Part shown: positions 34,549-47,480 of the stretch, piece after piece | Layout of the letters: each line of letters begins with the position of its first letter | Position numbering within the stretch: the stretch's first letter is position 1 | NCBI GenBank assembly: GCA_963733195.1 | Contig: CAVTCR010000081.1 | Span: 1-64,000, forward strand | Direction: 5' to 3' | DNA: 64,000 nucleotides | From: an uncultured delta proteobacterium | GTDB lineage: Bacteria; Desulfobacterota; Binatia; Bin18 | Position numbers and translations under genes: made by a program | Notes under the pieces: generated by a model | What the model saw: the letters and a program-made list of their open reading frames with translations, nothing else | Databases searched by the model: none | Told to the model about the DNA's origin: nothing

Positions 34549-36512
34549 ATGACAGATGTGCAGGAACGCCCGATTGCCCCCTTATGGGTGGACACGGAGA
34601 ACGAATGGGTCTGGCTAGGGGAACAACGCCTCACGCTGACGCCGAAACCCTTTGCCGTTCTGCGTTATCTGATCGAGCGCCCCGGCCGGCTGATCACCAA
34701 AGAGGAAATTCTCAAGGCGGCATGGCCGGGTATTTATGTTAGTGACGAGACTCTCCAAAAGTGTATCAGCCGTATCCGTAACGTCTTAGGAGATGAGGCG
34801 AGCGTGCCACAGTACATCGAGACGGTGTCCCGCCGGGGATATCGGTTCATTGGGGAAGCAGCCAGTAGTCAGTATTCAGTAGTCAGTAACCCCCTGCCTC
34901 AGCCGACCCCTTTTCCCCTAGCCCCTAACACCCAGCACCCAACACCTACTCTGGTCGGGCGAGAGGAGGAATTAACGCAACTGCACCGATGGTTAGATCT
35001 GGCCCTGACAGGACAGCGCCAAATTGTCTTTGTCTCGGGTGAGCCAGGGATTGGCAAGACCACGCTTGTCGATGCGTTTCTGCAACAGATTCAGGAGACG
35101 AGAGTCCCGGAGGCAAAAGAAAGTCAAAATGCAAAAACGCAAAAGTCAAAAATAGGAAACTCCTCCCTAGCCCCTAGCTCCCAACCCCCAGCCCCTGTCT
35201 TCATTGGCCGTGGACAGTGCTTGGAGCAGTACGGAGAAGGCGAGGCGTATTTGCCCATCCTTGAAGCGTTCGGTCGCTTGTGTCGTGAGCCCGAGACGAC
35301 CAATCTGATTCCTCTCCTCGGTCAGTATGCACCGACTTGGTTAATCCAGATGCCGGCGGTACTCAATGATGCAGAGCTCGCAAACCTGCAGCAACGAACC
35401 CAAGGGGCGACTCGGCAGCGCATGCTGCGAGAAATGGTGGAAGCCATTGAGGCCATGACCGTGGAGACCCCGCTTGTCTTTGTGCTCGAAGACCTGCACT
35501 GGAGCGACTACTCCACGTTGGAGTTACTTGCTTATCTCGCACAGCGGCAGGGACGAATGCGGTTGCTGGTAATCGGTACCTACCGACCCACAGACCTGAG
35601 ACGGGGGCATCCCTTAAAAACGATCAAGCCGGAACTGCACATCCGACAAAAGTGTGAAGAACTGCCGCTGAAATTGCTCAGTGAGCAGGAGGTGGCAATC
35701 TATCTTGCCAAACATTTTTCCCCTCAGGCGGTCTCGCCAGAGCTCGTCAAGGTGATTCATCGTCAGACGGAAGGGAACCCGTTATTCATGTTGAACCTGC
35801 TCAATGAGCTCGCGAGCCAGGGAGTGATAGGAGAAAAGGAGGGGCAGTGGGAGATCCAGAACGGCAGTAGGGATCTCAACTTTCCTGAGAGCCTATGCCA
35901 AGTGATCGAACAAAAATTTGCGCACCTCAACCCTGAAGAGCGGCAAGTCTTAGAAGCGGCCAGTGTCGAAGGCGCAGAGTTCTCTTCTGCCGTGATCGCT
36001 ACAGCGGTAGGAAGAGAAACTATCGAGATTGAAGAGCGCTGTGCCGAGCTTGTCCGCCATAGCCAATTCATTCAGGAACGCGAAACGCGGCACTGGCCAG
36101 ATGGCACGGTTACTGCTCGCTATGGGTTTGCGCATTCCCTCTATCAGGAAGTGTTGTACAATCGACTGACCCCGGGGAAACGTGCGCAGCTGCATCTCCG
36201 CATCGGTGAGCGCCTCGAACAAGCGTATGAGATCGTACCCATGAGATAGCGACAGAACTGGCGTTACATTTCGAGCGCGGCCAGGATTATCAACGGGCAG
36301 TGCAGTATCGGGAACAAGCTGCACAGACCGCCCTCCAACTGTTCGCGTACCACGAAGTGATCGATCATCTTACCAAAGGGCTGGAGTTACTTGAGCACCT
36401 GCCGGACACTCCGGAGCGTCGCCGGCACGAACTGCAACTGCTCACCGCCCAGAGTCCAGCCTTGCTGGCAGCCAAGGGCTATGCCGCACCGGAGGTAGAA
36501 CAGGTCTACCAA
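34549..36512 (+). pseudogene. winged-HTH (trans_reg_C) + AAA-ATPase regulator, C-terminal TPR region lost
   Basis: LTPKPFAVLRYL...ITKEEIL...YIETVSRRGYRF; Walker A GEPGIGKT; LEDLHWSD; GNPLF; homology ends abruptly after GYAAPEVEQVY. Confidence 0.9.
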
Positions 36513-36709
36513 CTGCAGACTTTAGAAAAGGCCTGAGACTCTAAACCAAAATGTAGGAGATTGGCTCCGTTACCGCAGTCGCCGGCCTACCCCTTCGCTA
36601 ATCCCAAGGCGTCGTCCTAGCTCAACATTGCTCACGCCGGCTGCACGCATAGCCTCTTCTTCAATATCAGAAAGCTTTCATGCGATGTGGAGAATGCACC
36701 CTTCGCTGC

Positions 36710-38283
36710 TTATGGATGCGCGGTGACCATAGAATGAGACGAGGTGCCCGAACTACGCGGTAGAAAAATCCGCACCGTGGTCCCGTGCTTGAGCTGACTC
36801 TCGATCCGCAGAAACCCATTATGCGCTTGGACGATATGCTTCACGATTGCGAGCCCCAGTCCGGTGCCGCCGAGTTCACGCGAACGGGCTTTATCTACTC
36901 GATAAAAGCGTTGCGTAAGACGAGGGAGGTCTTCTTCCGGAATGCCGCAGCCGGTATCTGTGACCGCGACTTCTAGCCATTCTTTTGAGGCTTGCCCCCG
37001 ACGGAGGGGGCAGGCGGATTGAGGCTTGGAGGACTGTTGAGGAGTTGCGTGTTAGGGAAACTAGTCCTCCATTCTCCTTAGTCTCTTCATGATCTCTGAT
37101 CTGGACTTTGGACTCCGGACTCTGGAGTCTGGACGGTCTTCGCTGTGACCGTGACTGTCCCACCGCTTGAGGTGTACTTGATTGCGTTATCGACGAGATT
37201 CACAAGCACTTGTTGGAGACGATCGTTATCGCCTCTTAACGGTGGAAGGGTAGGTTCACACACGTGAACCAATGTGATGCCTGCTCGCTCTGCTTTCTCC
37301 TTCACGACTTCAAAAATCTCGTTTATCAACTCTGGCACGATGACTTCTTCTTGGAGTAACTCGGTCTTTCCGAGTTCGAGATTGGAAAGGGTGAGCAGAT
37401 CATCAATCAAACGACTGAGCCGTTCGGAGTGTCGATCGATAATTTCCAAAAACCGCTGCGCAGTAGCAGGCTCTTTGAGCGCCCCGTTGAGCAAGGTCTC
37501 GGCATACCCTTTGATCGCGGTGAGCGGAGTACGGAGTTCGTGCGAGACATTAGCGACAAAATCCTCGCGCACGGATTCTAACCGTTTGATCTGGGTGAGA
37601 TCGTAGAAGACCAGCACATACCCACTCACAGTGACGCCGTCTTCACAGATTTGCATACTGCTTGCAGCCAGATGACGCTCATCTTTCCCTTCGAGCGACA
37701 GTTCTCGAGTCACCGGTGCATCACCTGGCCGCCGTTCAGCAACCTCCCGCAGCAGATCTTGTAAGAGCGGATGACGGGAGAACGCTTGGATAGGTTTCCC
37801 TTGCCAATCGTGGTCAGCGCGGAGCCCAAACAATTCTTTGGCGGCACGGTTACACAGGACAACGTTTCCCGCTGGATTGATGACCACTACGCCTTCGGCC
37901 ATGCTCTGTAAGACCGCTTCCAGCTTTTTTTGTTCTGCTTGTAACGCACGGAGACGCTCATGTTGGCGCATCATCAGTTGCTGGATACCACGTTCGAGGG
38001 AGCCAACCTCATCCTCATTCCATACTGGAAGCGAGGGCGGTTTGTCCCGTTCCGACGCAGAGGAGAGGAAGGTCGTGAGACTACCAAGGCGGCGCTGGAG
38101 ACGTACTCCGAAAGCGATAATCCCTCCAAGGGCGATCAGTGCGAGTGCCGCCGCCCCATACCACAGCAGTGATGGACGATGAATCAACGAGAGGAGGTAG
38201 AAGAGTAAGAGACTGCTGACAGTCGCGAGTGCGAGGAGGGCAAGGGAGAGGAGCGGGAAGAGAATGCTATGTTTCGAGGGCAT
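36710..38283 (-). CDS. phoR: phosphate regulon sensor histidine kinase (HAMP-PAS-HK), frameshifted
   Basis: DFVANVSHELRTPLT, NLVDNAIKYT, GGTGLGLAIVKHI; overlaps the phoB end. Confidence 0.92.
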
Positions 38284-39017
38284 CAGGATTGAATTTATAC
38301 CCAACGCCGCGCACGGTCAAAATGAGAGTAGGATTGGTGTCATCTCGTTCCACGCGTTGGCGCAGGCGACGGATGTGAACGTCGACCGTCCGTGGCTCGA
38401 CGTACACGTCTTGCCCCCACACGAGATCAAGGATCTGGGTGCGGCTAAACACTCGGTGAGGATATTGTACAAAGAACTTGAGGAGTTCGAACTCGCGCAG
38501 CCCGAGCGGGGAGGGTTGACCATCGAGCATGACTTCATAGGTGTCGTAGTCAATACGGAGACGGCCTTTGTCGTAGACTTCGTGCGGGCGATCGAGGGTT
38601 GGTCCATAGGCACGGCGGAGTACCGCTTTTACTCGGGCAACAAGCTCACGCGGGCTGAACGGCTTAGTGACATAATCATCTGCCCCCATTTCCAAGCCTA
38701 ACACTTTGTCTACTTCCGAAGCACGGGCAGTGAGCATGAGCACCGGTAGATGCAACGTCAGCTCTTTCGTCCGCAGTAAACGGCAGACTTCAAGGCCTGG
38801 GACACTGGGTAACATCAGATCTAAGATCATCAAGGCCGGTCGCTCGCTGGCGGCTAAGCTTCAGCGCGATTTCGCCGTCACTCGCCTCAACTACACTAAA
38901 ACCTTCGCTTTCCAGATTGTAACGGACCAGTTCGCGGATATCCTGCTCGTCTTCGACCAGGAGAATTTTGCGTTTAGGCTCAACGATCGGAGATTTGCTT
39001 TGTATTTGCGCTTCCAT
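38267..39017 (-). CDS. phoB: OmpR-family response regulator, frameshifted near 38850
   Basis: ILLVEDE, ILDLMLP, GADDYVTKPFSPREL, RTVDVHIRRLR, TVRGVGY; between phoU and phoR. Confidence 0.9.
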
Positions 39018-39136
39018 AGACTCCTTTGGAGGAAAAGGGGAAAACGGCGAAAAGAAAAAGAGAAAACGGTGACCTTGCTATTTTGTTGCAGTTCCCATTC
39101 CACCCTTTCCCCGTTTCCCCTTTCTTTATCTTAAGC

Positions 39137-39838
39137 TCAGAGCGATGCCGGTGGCGGTGACATATGGCGGATACTCTTTCCTTTGGCCATATAGATGACC
39201 ATCTCGGCGATATTGGTGGCATGATCTGCAATGCGTTCGAGGTATTTGGCAATGAACAGATGGCGCGTAGCACGACTCACACTCTGTGGCTCTTGCGTCA
39301 TTTGTGAGAGCATAGAGCGGAACAACTCTGCCGTTAAACTATCGATGAAATCGTCACGCTGACAGACTTGCAGCGCCAGTTCCGTATCTTCACGCACGAA
39401 CGCATCCAGGCTATCGCGCAGCATGGCCTGTGCCCATTCCGACATACGAGGAAGATCGGCAGAGAACATGAGCGGGGCTTCTTGGTTTAGTTCCAATGCT
39501 CGCTCGCAGATGTTCTGTGCAATGTCGCCGATACGTTCGAGGTCCGTGGTAATTTTCAGACTCGTCATAATGAGACGGAGGTCCCGCCCTGCCGGCTGAT
39601 GTAATGCAAGGAGACGGGTACAACTATCATCAGTCGCCACATCGAGGTAGTTAACCGTGTGATCACGGGCAATCACCTCCTGTGCTTGAGGCGAATTGCG
39701 TGCGATCAGAGCAACCATCGCGTCGCTGATTTGCTTCTCGACGAGTCCGCCCATTTCCAAGATTCTCGCCCGGAGTTGCTGAAGTTCTTCTTCGTACTGA
39801 CGGTCAGTGTGGAGTGGTGGCATGTAGTGTTCTCCCAA
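39137..39838 (-). CDS. phoU: phosphate signalling protein
   Basis: LALHQPAGRDLR, TDLERIGDIA.NI, YLERIADHATNIAE. Confidence 0.96.
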   Translation of the reverse strand: MGEHYMPPLHTDRQYEEELQQLRARILEMGGLVEKQISDAMVALIARNSPQAQEVIARDHTVNYLDVATDDSCTRLLALHQPAGRDLRLIMTSLKITTDLERIGDIAQNICERALELNQEAPLMFSADLPRMSEWAQAMLRDSLDAFVREDTELALQVCQRDDFIDSLTAELFRSMLSQMTQEPQSVSRATRHLFIAKYLERIADHATNIAEMVIYMAKGKSIRHMSPPPASL

Positions 39839-39841
39839 TGA

Positions 39842-40702
39842 TCAACCGAATCGGCCGGTAATATAATCTTCCGTTTCTTGTTTCTCCGGGGTAGTGAACA
39901 GCTTGTCGGTCTTGCCGAATTCTATCAGCCGCCCCAGGTACATAAAAGCCGTGTAATCTGACACCCGCGCAGCTTGCTGCATGTTATGGGTGACAATCAC
40001 AATCGTGTAGTTCTGTTTCAGTTCGTGGATCAGCTCTTCAATCTTGGTAGTCGCAATGGGGTCAAGCGCTGAGCATGGCTCGTCCATGAGCACGACTTGC
40101 GGTTCAACTGCAATGGTCCGAGCGATACAGAGGCGTTGATGCTGACCACCAGACAGCCCGAGCGCATTATCGTGAAGGCGGTCTTTCGCCTCTTCCCATA
40201 ACGCGGCTCCGCGTAGGCTACGTTCGACAATCTCATCAAGTCGCGCTTTGTTACTGATGCCAAGGATACGGGGACCATACGCGACATTTTCGTAAATGGT
40301 CTTGGGAAACGGATTGGGCTTTTGGAAAACCATTCCGACCCGTTTGCGTAACTCGGTAACATCAAGTGTCGGATCGATAGTTTCTCGTCCATCGATCTTG
40401 ATACTGCCGGTGACTTTGACGCCGTCAACCAGATCATTGAGCCGATTGAGGCAGCGAAGCAAGGTGGATTTGCCACACCCTGAGGGACCAATAAAGGCCG
40501 TCACCTCATGACGCCCGATGTCCATATTAACGTCGTACAAAGCTTGTTTTTTGCCGTAGAACAGGCACGCGTCACGAATTTGAATCTCGATATCCTGTTT
40601 ATACTCTCTGGCAGCGGTGATGCCGTTTCCGCTTATGCGAGGGAGGGAGACCGAAGCTGCATGGGTTGGAAGCTGGTGTTCTTTCTCCATAGTGTTGATC
40701 AT
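39842..40702 (-). CDS. pstB: phosphate ABC transporter ATPase
   Basis: [51 protein letters not shown]. Confidence 0.97.
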   Translation of the reverse strand: MINTMEKEHQLPTHAASVSLPRISGNGITAAREYKQDIEIQIRDACLFYGKKQALYDVNMDIGRHEVTAFIGPSGCGKSTLLRCLNRLNDLVDGVKVTGSIKIDGRETIDPTLDVTELRKRVGMVFQKPNPFPKTIYENVAYGPRILGISNKARLDEIVERSLRGAALWEEAKDRLHDNALGLSGGQHQRLCIARTIAVEPQVVLMDEPCSALDPIATTKIEELIHELKQNYTIVIVTHNMQQAARVSDYTAFMYLGRLIEFGKTDKLFTTPEKQETEDYITGRFG

Positions 40703-40704
40703 TT

Positions 40705-42336
40705 CTAAAACGTTCCGAAGCGCATGCGACTCCGAAGACGGTTACGTACGGTGATGGCGGTTAGATTGAGAGTCACAATAATGGCAATTAACAGCAGCGT
40801 CGTCATGAATACCATCGGTTTGGCGGCTTCAACGTTCGGCGATTGAAAGCCAACGTCATAGATATGGAAGCCGAGGTGCATGAACTTGCGCTCCATGTGG
40901 ATAAACGGCCAGTAGCTATCCAACGGTAAGGTCGGTGCTAACTTCACCACGCCAGTAATCATTAACGGTGCCACTTCTCCGGCTCCTCGCGCCATCGCCA
41001 AGATCATTCCGGTGAGGATACCAGGCAGAGCCCCGGGCAGCACGACTTTGCGAATGGTTTCCCATTTCGTTGCTCCCAAGGCGAGCGAACCCTCGCGCCA
41101 CTCGCGAGGAATTGCAGCCAATGACTCTTCAGTGGCAACAATGACCACCGGAACGGTGAGTAACGCGAGGGTCAACGAGGCCCACAGAATACCACCAGTG
41201 CCGTAGGTTGGTGTCGGTAACGCTTCAGCGTAGAACAATCGGTCGATGCTGCCACCCATGAGATAAATGAAGAATCCTAAGCCAAACACGCCAAAGACAA
41301 TGGAAGGAACACCGGCAAGATTATTGACCGCGATACGCACTGCCCGAACCAGTGTCCCTTGTTTCGCATACTCGCGTAAGTAGAGGGCAGCAACGACACC
41401 AAAAGGAACAACCATGATGCTCATGAGCAAGACCATCATCACCGTGCCAAAGATGGCGGGGAAGATACCGCCCTCAGTGTTGGATTCGCGCGGCTCATCC
41501 CATACGAACTCCCACAAACGTGTGCAATAAAGACCAAAGCGCTGCCCCCAACTCATCTGATTGGGAAAGAACGCCCGCACGACGTCGGCAATGGGCATCT
41601 CTTTCTCGCGTCCACCGGCGGCTTGAACAATCATCCGATAGCGTGCGTTCTCCGTCGCCAAGGCTTGAAGCTCTTTGGATTTTTCCTCATAGCGTTGCTG
41701 CCATTCAGCAATCTCTTTCTCAAGTTCAGCGACCTTCCCCGCAGTGCGGCCCTGATCCTGTTCCTTCTTCTGGATACCTTTTATTGCCAGGCGCAGCTTT
41801 TCCAGGTTGTAGTTAATGTCACCGATTTCTTCGCGCTCGATTCTGCGTGTGCGTTCGAGTGTTTCTTGTGTCCGTGGGTGCAACTCCTGAAACTTTTGCC
41901 AACTTTGCTGCGGCCCATCAGCGATGACTTGTCCATCTTGGGTGATCTGTTTGAGGGTGCCGAACAGCGGCCCCCATTCCCAGCGTTCAAAGTAGATGGC
42001 GTCAGCCGGCTGTTGTTGCGAGACAATCTCATCGTCATTCACCCAACGAAAATCTGATCCGTACAAATCGCGATTGGCGACCTGAAACTGCGTACGAGAC
42101 TGCGGCGTACCTTTTTCAGAGGCTGACCGTGGAATTTCTTCATGTCCACGAATTTGTCCGAGGAGTTCGCTGCCATCCTTCAGCTTAGCCGAAACGAGAC
42201 GGTCAGGCCAAAAGAAGCCGAACGCGTTGCTCGCGATAATCACCATCAAGGCAATGATCATGAGTAAACTAGAGGCTAGTGCTCCGCCTGTTAGCCACAC
42301 AAAGGGATCGCCACTGCGCCAGAAGTTCTTAAACAT
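40705..42336 (-). CDS. pstA: phosphate ABC permease PstA (long form with periplasmic coiled-coil)
   Basis: [39 protein letters not shown]. Confidence 0.95.
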   Translation of the reverse strand: MFKNFWRSGDPFVWLTGGALASSLLMIIALMVIIASNAFGFFWPDRLVSAKLKDGSELLGQIRGHEEIPRSASEKGTPQSRTQFQVANRDLYGSDFRWVNDDEIVSQQQPADAIYFERWEWGPLFGTLKQITQDGQVIADGPQQSWQKFQELHPRTQETLERTRRIEREEIGDINYNLEKLRLAIKGIQKKEQDQGRTAGKVAELEKEIAEWQQRYEEKSKELQALATENARYRMIVQAAGGREKEMPIADVVRAFFPNQMSWGQRFGLYCTRLWEFVWDEPRESNTEGGIFPAIFGTVMMVLLMSIMVVPFGVVAALYLREYAKQGTLVRAVRIAVNNLAGVPSIVFGVFGLGFFIYLMGGSIDRLFYAEALPTPTYGTGGILWASLTLALLTVPVVIVATEESLAAIPREWREGSLALGATKWETIRKVVLPGALPGILTGMILAMARGAGEVAPLMITGVVKLAPTLPLDSYWPFIHMERKFMHLGFHIYDVGFQSPNVEAAKPMVFMTTLLLIAIIVTLNLTAITVRNRLRSRMRFGTF

Positions 42337-42395
42337 AGTTCACTTACCCAACTGTGAGACTCCTAGACTCTCAGACTCCTAGACTGGCAGACTTT

Positions 42396-44742
42396 CTAAA
42401 TCCGACTATACCGCTCCCGTAACCGCTGACGGACGATCTCTGCTACCGTGTTGACCAAGAACGTCAGAACAAACAGCAGGAATGCGCCAAGGAACAAGAC
42501 ACGATAGAGCGTCCCACCCTCTGGCGCTTCGGGAATTTCGACAGCGATATTAGCTGACAATGCGCGAAACCCACTGAACGCGTTGAAGTCCATGACCGGC
42601 GTATTTCCTGTTGCCATCAGCACGATCATGGTTTCCCCGACCGCGCGGCCAAAACCAATCATGACCGCCGAGAATACCCCTGGGCTCGCTGTTGGCAGCA
42701 CCACCCGGAGGGCAGTCTGCCAGCGATTCGCCCCAAGGGCCAACGAACCCGACACTAAGTGCTGCGGGACATTGGAAAATGCGTCTTCACAAATAGTGTA
42801 AATAATCGGAATCACTGCGAATCCCATCGCAAAGCCAACGACGAGAGAGTTGCGAGGATCGTACCGGACGCCGGTGGTGTCATAAAGCCATTGTGGGAAA
42901 CTGCCGTTAAAAAACGTTGCTTCGAGCCAGCCATTGGCATAGGCGCAAGCCGCGACTGCCATCACTAAAAGTGGCGCGAGAAAAAAGATCTCGACTCCGG
43001 GTTTGAAGCGACTGCGAGTCGGCAGTGGGATCAAGCGCCAGACAAACGATGCGGCCAGTGTCACCAGCGGAAGTGCGATCAACATCAGCATGATGCCTGG
43101 CACCATCTTCTCGACCCTGGGGGCGAGCCATAACCCGGCAAAGAACCCCAGGACGACACTGGGCAGGGCGGCCATCACCTCTACCGTTGGTTTGATCACG
43201 TTTCGCAGGCTCGGATGCAAAAATTGCGAGGTGAAGATCGCAGCGCAGATGCTCATCGGCACTGCTAAGAGGAGAGCGTAGAACGTCCCCTTTAAAGTGC
43301 CGTAGGCAAGCGGCGTTAAGCTAAACTTAGGCTCAAATTCATCGCTCCCACTACTCGATTGCCAGGTGTATTCAGGTTTGTCATAGCCTTCGTACCAAAC
43401 CTTACCGAACAGCGTCCTCAGGTTAATATCTGGATGTGGATTATAGAGAGACCAGTAGGAAAGTTTATCGTCGCTGGTGAGGGCAAAGATTCCATCGGCT
43501 TTCGGAGTAAAGCTAGCGAGGTGAACGGGGCTGCCGTCCGTGCGCACGTCGAGTAGTGTCTGCTCAGACGTGGAATGATGAAGGAAAACGTTGCCCTGCT
43601 CATCAGCCGAGAGGAAGCCTTTATCGCGCGGCGAGGGCGTGAGCGCCGTGACCGTTGCCGGATGCGAACGCAAGGCGTGTACGCGATGATAAGAGGACTT
43701 CGCAGAATCGTTCGGATCACGGATCTGAAACCACACGCTAACACCGCCGGCAGCATCTCCCACCAGCAACGATCGATCGCCGAGTAACCATCCTAGTGCA
43801 GTGACTCCGGCGCCAGGCTTTGAGCTAGCTGCATACGTTTCGGTAAATTGCGGTGCCGCCGGATCAGTGAGGTCCCAGTGATGCAAGTCGCCGGTCGCGG
43901 TCCCGGCTATGAGATTCACGCGGTATTTGTCTAAGGCAAGCGCCGTGGCATCAGCTTTCAGCACGGAAGAGAGATCCGACCGCAGCTCCTCAACGCTAGA
44001 TTCTCCCAGGAGCGAGGTCTTTTCTTCCTGTGCCAAGAAGATGAGAGTACGTGGGCCAAGCAGCGCGGCAGTAGCAACCTTTCCCTCCTCTTCGCGATAT
44101 ACCAACTGTGTGATTGCTCGGCCTTGCGGGTCGAGTTGCAGTGGTTTTCCTTCCTTCACCTCAGGTACGATCACGCGTTTCCCTGTTTGAGATTGTGTCG
44201 AAAAACTGAGGCGCAACGGAATCACACTTCCACCAGACGGTGCCGATAACGATAACGTGCGAGATGCCGTCGCGATACGCGGCTGTCGCCTGTTGCCCCT
44301 GGAGCGCTTTAACCTCGTAGCGTTGAATGAGCTGATTGTTTGGCAACGCCAGAAAATCGACCGTGCCGTTGTCTCGTAGCACGTAAGCAATTGACTGGTA
44401 TTCATCGACACCAAAAGCGAGCAGTTTCTCAGGCGATGTTGTGGCACTCGGAGTGGGCGCCTCAGACGATTGCGGTGTCGACTGACTCAGATTGAGTGTG
44501 GCTACCGGAGTCGCTATTGGTGAATTCCACAATGGCAGAGTTTCCGCAACAATGACAAAGAGAATGGCAACGATGCTCAAAATAACCGCGATCCCACCAG
44601 CAGTAATAATGTAATCTGCCGCCTTGTCCGCGAGCTTCTTGCGTCGCAGCCGGGCCTTGTCCTCCATGGTCGATAGACGGACATCGACTGGGGCAGATGA
44701 AGATTCCTGCCGTTCTCTTTCTCGTTGCTGTACTTCTGCCAT
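42396..44742 (-). CDS. pstC: phosphate ABC permease PstC (long form with beta-propeller-like domain), frameshifted near 44235
   Basis: KVWYEGY..P.Y.WQSSS, LPSVVLGF, GRAVGETMIVLMATGN, ANIAVEIPEA. Confidence 0.93.
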
Positions 44743-44790
44743 ACACTCCTCAGTTGTGTCGGGGCGCAGCACGCTGCGCCCCGCAGGTTC

Positions 44791-45777
44791 TTACTGCAAG
44801 TTCTTCATCTCCTCGTTCACAACCGAGGCCGGTAATGGGTAGTAGCCGTCTTTAATGACAACCTCTTGTCCTTCTTTGCTTACGATGAACTTGGCAAACT
44901 CACGGACAAGGGGATCGAGTGGTTGACCAGGTGCACGGTTGATGTACACAAGCAAAGCGCGGCTCATTGGATACTTTCCACTGGCGACGTTTTCGTAGCT
45001 CGCCGGAAAAAACGGATCCCCCTGCTTTGCGGCCAGCGGTACTGCGCGTACACCAGAGGTGGCATAACCAATACCGCTGTAGCCCGCGCCGTTACGGTCT
45101 TCGCTGACACCCTGCACGACTGAGGCTGAGCCCGGCTGTTCTTTCACTGTGTCCTTAAAGTCGCCGTTGCACAGCGCATGCTCTTTGAAGAAACCATAGG
45201 TTCCAGAGGCTGAATTACGACCATACAGGCTAATAGGCGAGGTGGCCCATCCTCCATCTACCCCAACCTCTCCCCACACCTTCACGTCGTTCGGCGTTCG
45301 GCAGCGACGGGTTTTGGAGAAAATCGCATCCACCTGCTGCAGAGTCAGCCCTTTGATCGGATTGTCTTTGTTGACAAACACTGCCAAAGAGTCGAGCGAT
45401 GTCCGAATCGCGGTAGGCTTATAGCCGTATTTCGCCTCGAAGGCGTCTATTTCTGAGCCTTTCATCGGACGTGACATTGGTCCAAGTTGCGCCGTTCCCT
45501 CGATCAACGCCGGTGGGGCAGTACTGGATCCCTTGCCTTCAATCTGAATGTTGACATTGGGATAAAACTTCTTAAATCCTTCGGCCCAGAGCGTCATCAA
45601 GTTGTTCAATGAGTCTGAGCCAATACTATTGAGGTTGCCTGAAATTCCGCTCGCGGCTTTGTACGCAGGAATTGTGGGATCGACCTTGACGGCTTCCTGG
45701 GCATATCCTTGACTGGCTCCGAGGGTACCCAGGGCCAGAACGGCTGCGGTTACCGTGCGCCAGATAGATGCTTTCAT
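44791..45777 (-). CDS. pstS: phosphate-binding periplasmic protein
   Basis: signal peptide; [36 protein letters not shown]. Confidence 0.95.
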   Translation of the reverse strand: MKASIWRTVTAAVLALGTLGASQGYAQEAVKVDPTIPAYKAASGISGNLNSIGSDSLNNLMTLWAEGFKKFYPNVNIQIEGKGSSTAPPALIEGTAQLGPMSRPMKGSEIDAFEAKYGYKPTAIRTSLDSLAVFVNKDNPIKGLTLQQVDAIFSKTRRCRTPNDVKVWGEVGVDGGWATSPISLYGRNSASGTYGFFKEHALCNGDFKDTVKEQPGSASVVQGVSEDRNGAGYSGIGYATSGVRAVPLAAKQGDPFFPASYENVASGKYPMSRALLVYINRAPGQPLDPLVREFAKFIVSKEGQEVVIKDGYYPLPASVVNEEMKNLQ

Positions 45778-45814
45778 AATTTTTACCTCCTTACTACTAA
45801 GGTTGCTATACGAT

Positions 45815-45853
45815 TATTACAAACGTGTTACACGAAGGTGACCATTTGGTGAC
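45815..45853 (-). promoter_or_regulatory. Pho box array (4 half-sites) upstream of pstS
   Basis: minus strand GTCAC-6-GTCAC-6-GTAAC-6-GTAAT, exact 11-bp period. Confidence 0.85.
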
Positions 45854-45908
45854 GTTAAATCGAATCATAAGAAGATTCAGATACTTTCTTCTCTATAGTG
45901 AGATACTC

Positions 45909-46032
45909 CCCGTTCGTCCTGAGCGTAGACGCGCAGCGTCGAAGTCGAAGGGCGCTGAGGCATTACCCGTAATCCCTCGACTTCGCTGCGCGTAGTTTAT
46001 CCTGAGCTTTGTCGAAGGGCTCGGGACGAGCG
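45909..46032. repeat. composite REP-like element (CCGTTCGTCCTGAGC..GTCGAAGG type)
   Basis: ccgttcgtcctgagcg...gtcgaaggg ... ccctcgacttcg...agtttatcctgagc.ttgtcgaagggctc; inner unit also at 16713-16740. Confidence 0.65.
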
Positions 46033-46067
46033 CATGTAGGCTCAGATGTAACGAGACCGGGTCTGAC

Positions 46068-47480
46068 TTAGAACGCAACCTGTGCATCAAGCTGGAAGCG
46101 GTGCAGGAGCGAATTCGATTGGCCCTGTGGTCGATCGATGAAAGAAACGAAGTGATTCTTGGCGGTGAGCGTCAGGCGGGGGAACAGCATGTAGTCGATC
46201 TTGACAAAAGGGCCTTGGACGTTAGTTCCACCGTCACGACCGAAGTCACTATAGCTAAAGGCTGACAACACGGAGTCGGTTTCCATGCGTGCCCATACAA
46301 CCGAGAACGCCCAATCTCCAGGGTTTCTGGTTTGACCGAGACCCAGCCCCGCCCAAACGGCAAAATCTTCACCTCGCTTCGCATCGAAGTTGCGCGCAAT
46401 ATCAGCCATCAATGTTAGCGGCCATCTGGCGTATCCCGTATTGTACTCAAGCTGCAACGAACCGTTGAGAATATTGTAACTGCCCCAGAAGTCCTGGAAT
46501 TGTTTGTCGCCGGTTCCCGGAGTCAATGAAGATCCTCCTCTGACGATGGTTCCATCTCGGAGAACAACAGAATTAGTAATTTTGAGAGCGCTGTTAGTAT
46601 TCCGCGCTTGGGCAATGAGGTCGTCCTTGGAGAAGTAATAATCGGCCATAGCCACGGTTAAGCGGGTACTGGGCAGGGGCTGGATGGTCGCCACTACTTG
46701 TCCACCGAACATCCATCCATCTGCCGCCCGAGCCATTTCCCGGTACACCCACTGGGCAGCATTAAGTTGGAAGCGGCGCAGCAACCCTTCTGTGCCTTCA
46801 TACAGAGTAAAGGTCTCATGCAGCCCTTCTGGAGAGAGGTCATCGTCGAAGATCATTTCTGAGCTCATCACCGCCCGAGGTTTGAAGAATTGGTTAGCGA
46901 ATTTCCCTGCAGTAATCGAGATCGGGCTCCAGGCCCAGTCGCCTAATCCAATGCTCTCTTTCGGTGTGATCGTGATATACGCATGGTCAATACTCACGGG
47001 CTTACGTGTGAATATATTGGTCAACGTTTCATTGGTCGAGATCGGATCGTTGGCATCTCCGCTGGCAAGTCGAATCCCTGCGAGTAATTCGTCACTGATT
47101 TTCATCTGCGCACCAAAGCGTAAACGGAATCGTTCACGTGTACGTGCATTTGCGTTGGGCCCGTGGTCTTGGTAAAAGCCCTCCATACGAACGCGCAAAT
47201 CTCCTGAGAACGTGAATCGGCTCAACCAATCGAGGCTTCGATCAGCTTTGATCATTTTAACGGGATCGCGGCGATAGGCTTCGACCCCAGCTTCACGTGC
47301 TTCGTTCTCAGCTCTGGCCCGGTTCATCAGTTCTTGATATTTCTCGTCACTAATCTTGTTTTCCGCACGCAGAATCTCGAGAATCTCTTCTGCCACACTG
47401 CGTTTCTGTGCCAGTGCAGGAGAGACTCCGAACGCAATCGCCACAAGTCCGCTCCAGAAAGTCACCATCAGTTTTCTCAT
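46068..47480 (-). CDS. putative outer-membrane porin (Porin_5-like), probably phosphate-starvation induced
   Basis: signal peptide; FSGDLRVR.E, RERFRLR.G, DPISTN.TL, FDDDLSPEG, DFG..GGTN, terminal Phe. Confidence 0.85.
   Translation of the reverse strand: MRKLMVTFWSGLVAIAFGVSPALAQKRSVAEEILEILRAENKISDEKYQELMNRARAENEAREAGVEAYRRDPVKMIKADRSLDWLSRFTFSGDLRVRMEGFYQDHGPNANARTRERFRLRFGAQMKISDELLAGIRLASGDANDPISTNETLTNIFTRKPVSIDHAYITITPKESIGLGDWAWSPISITAGKFANQFFKPRAVMSSEMIFDDDLSPEGLHETFTLYEGTEGLLRRFQLNAAQWVYREMARAADGWMFGGQVVATIQPLPSTRLTVAMADYYFSKDDLIAQARNTNSALKITNSVVLRDGTIVRGGSSLTPGTGDKQFQDFWGSYNILNGSLQLEYNTGYARWPLTLMADIARNFDAKRGEDFAVWAGLGLGQTRNPGDWAFSVVWARMETDSVLSAFSYSDFGRDGGTNVQGPFVKIDYMLFPRLTLTAKNHFVSFIDRPQGQSNSLLHRFQLDAQVAF

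Noticed and set aside
40705-44742. Extra-long PstA/PstC as novel fusions
   Set aside because: Long forms with periplasmic insertions are already known from Pseudomonas-type pst operons
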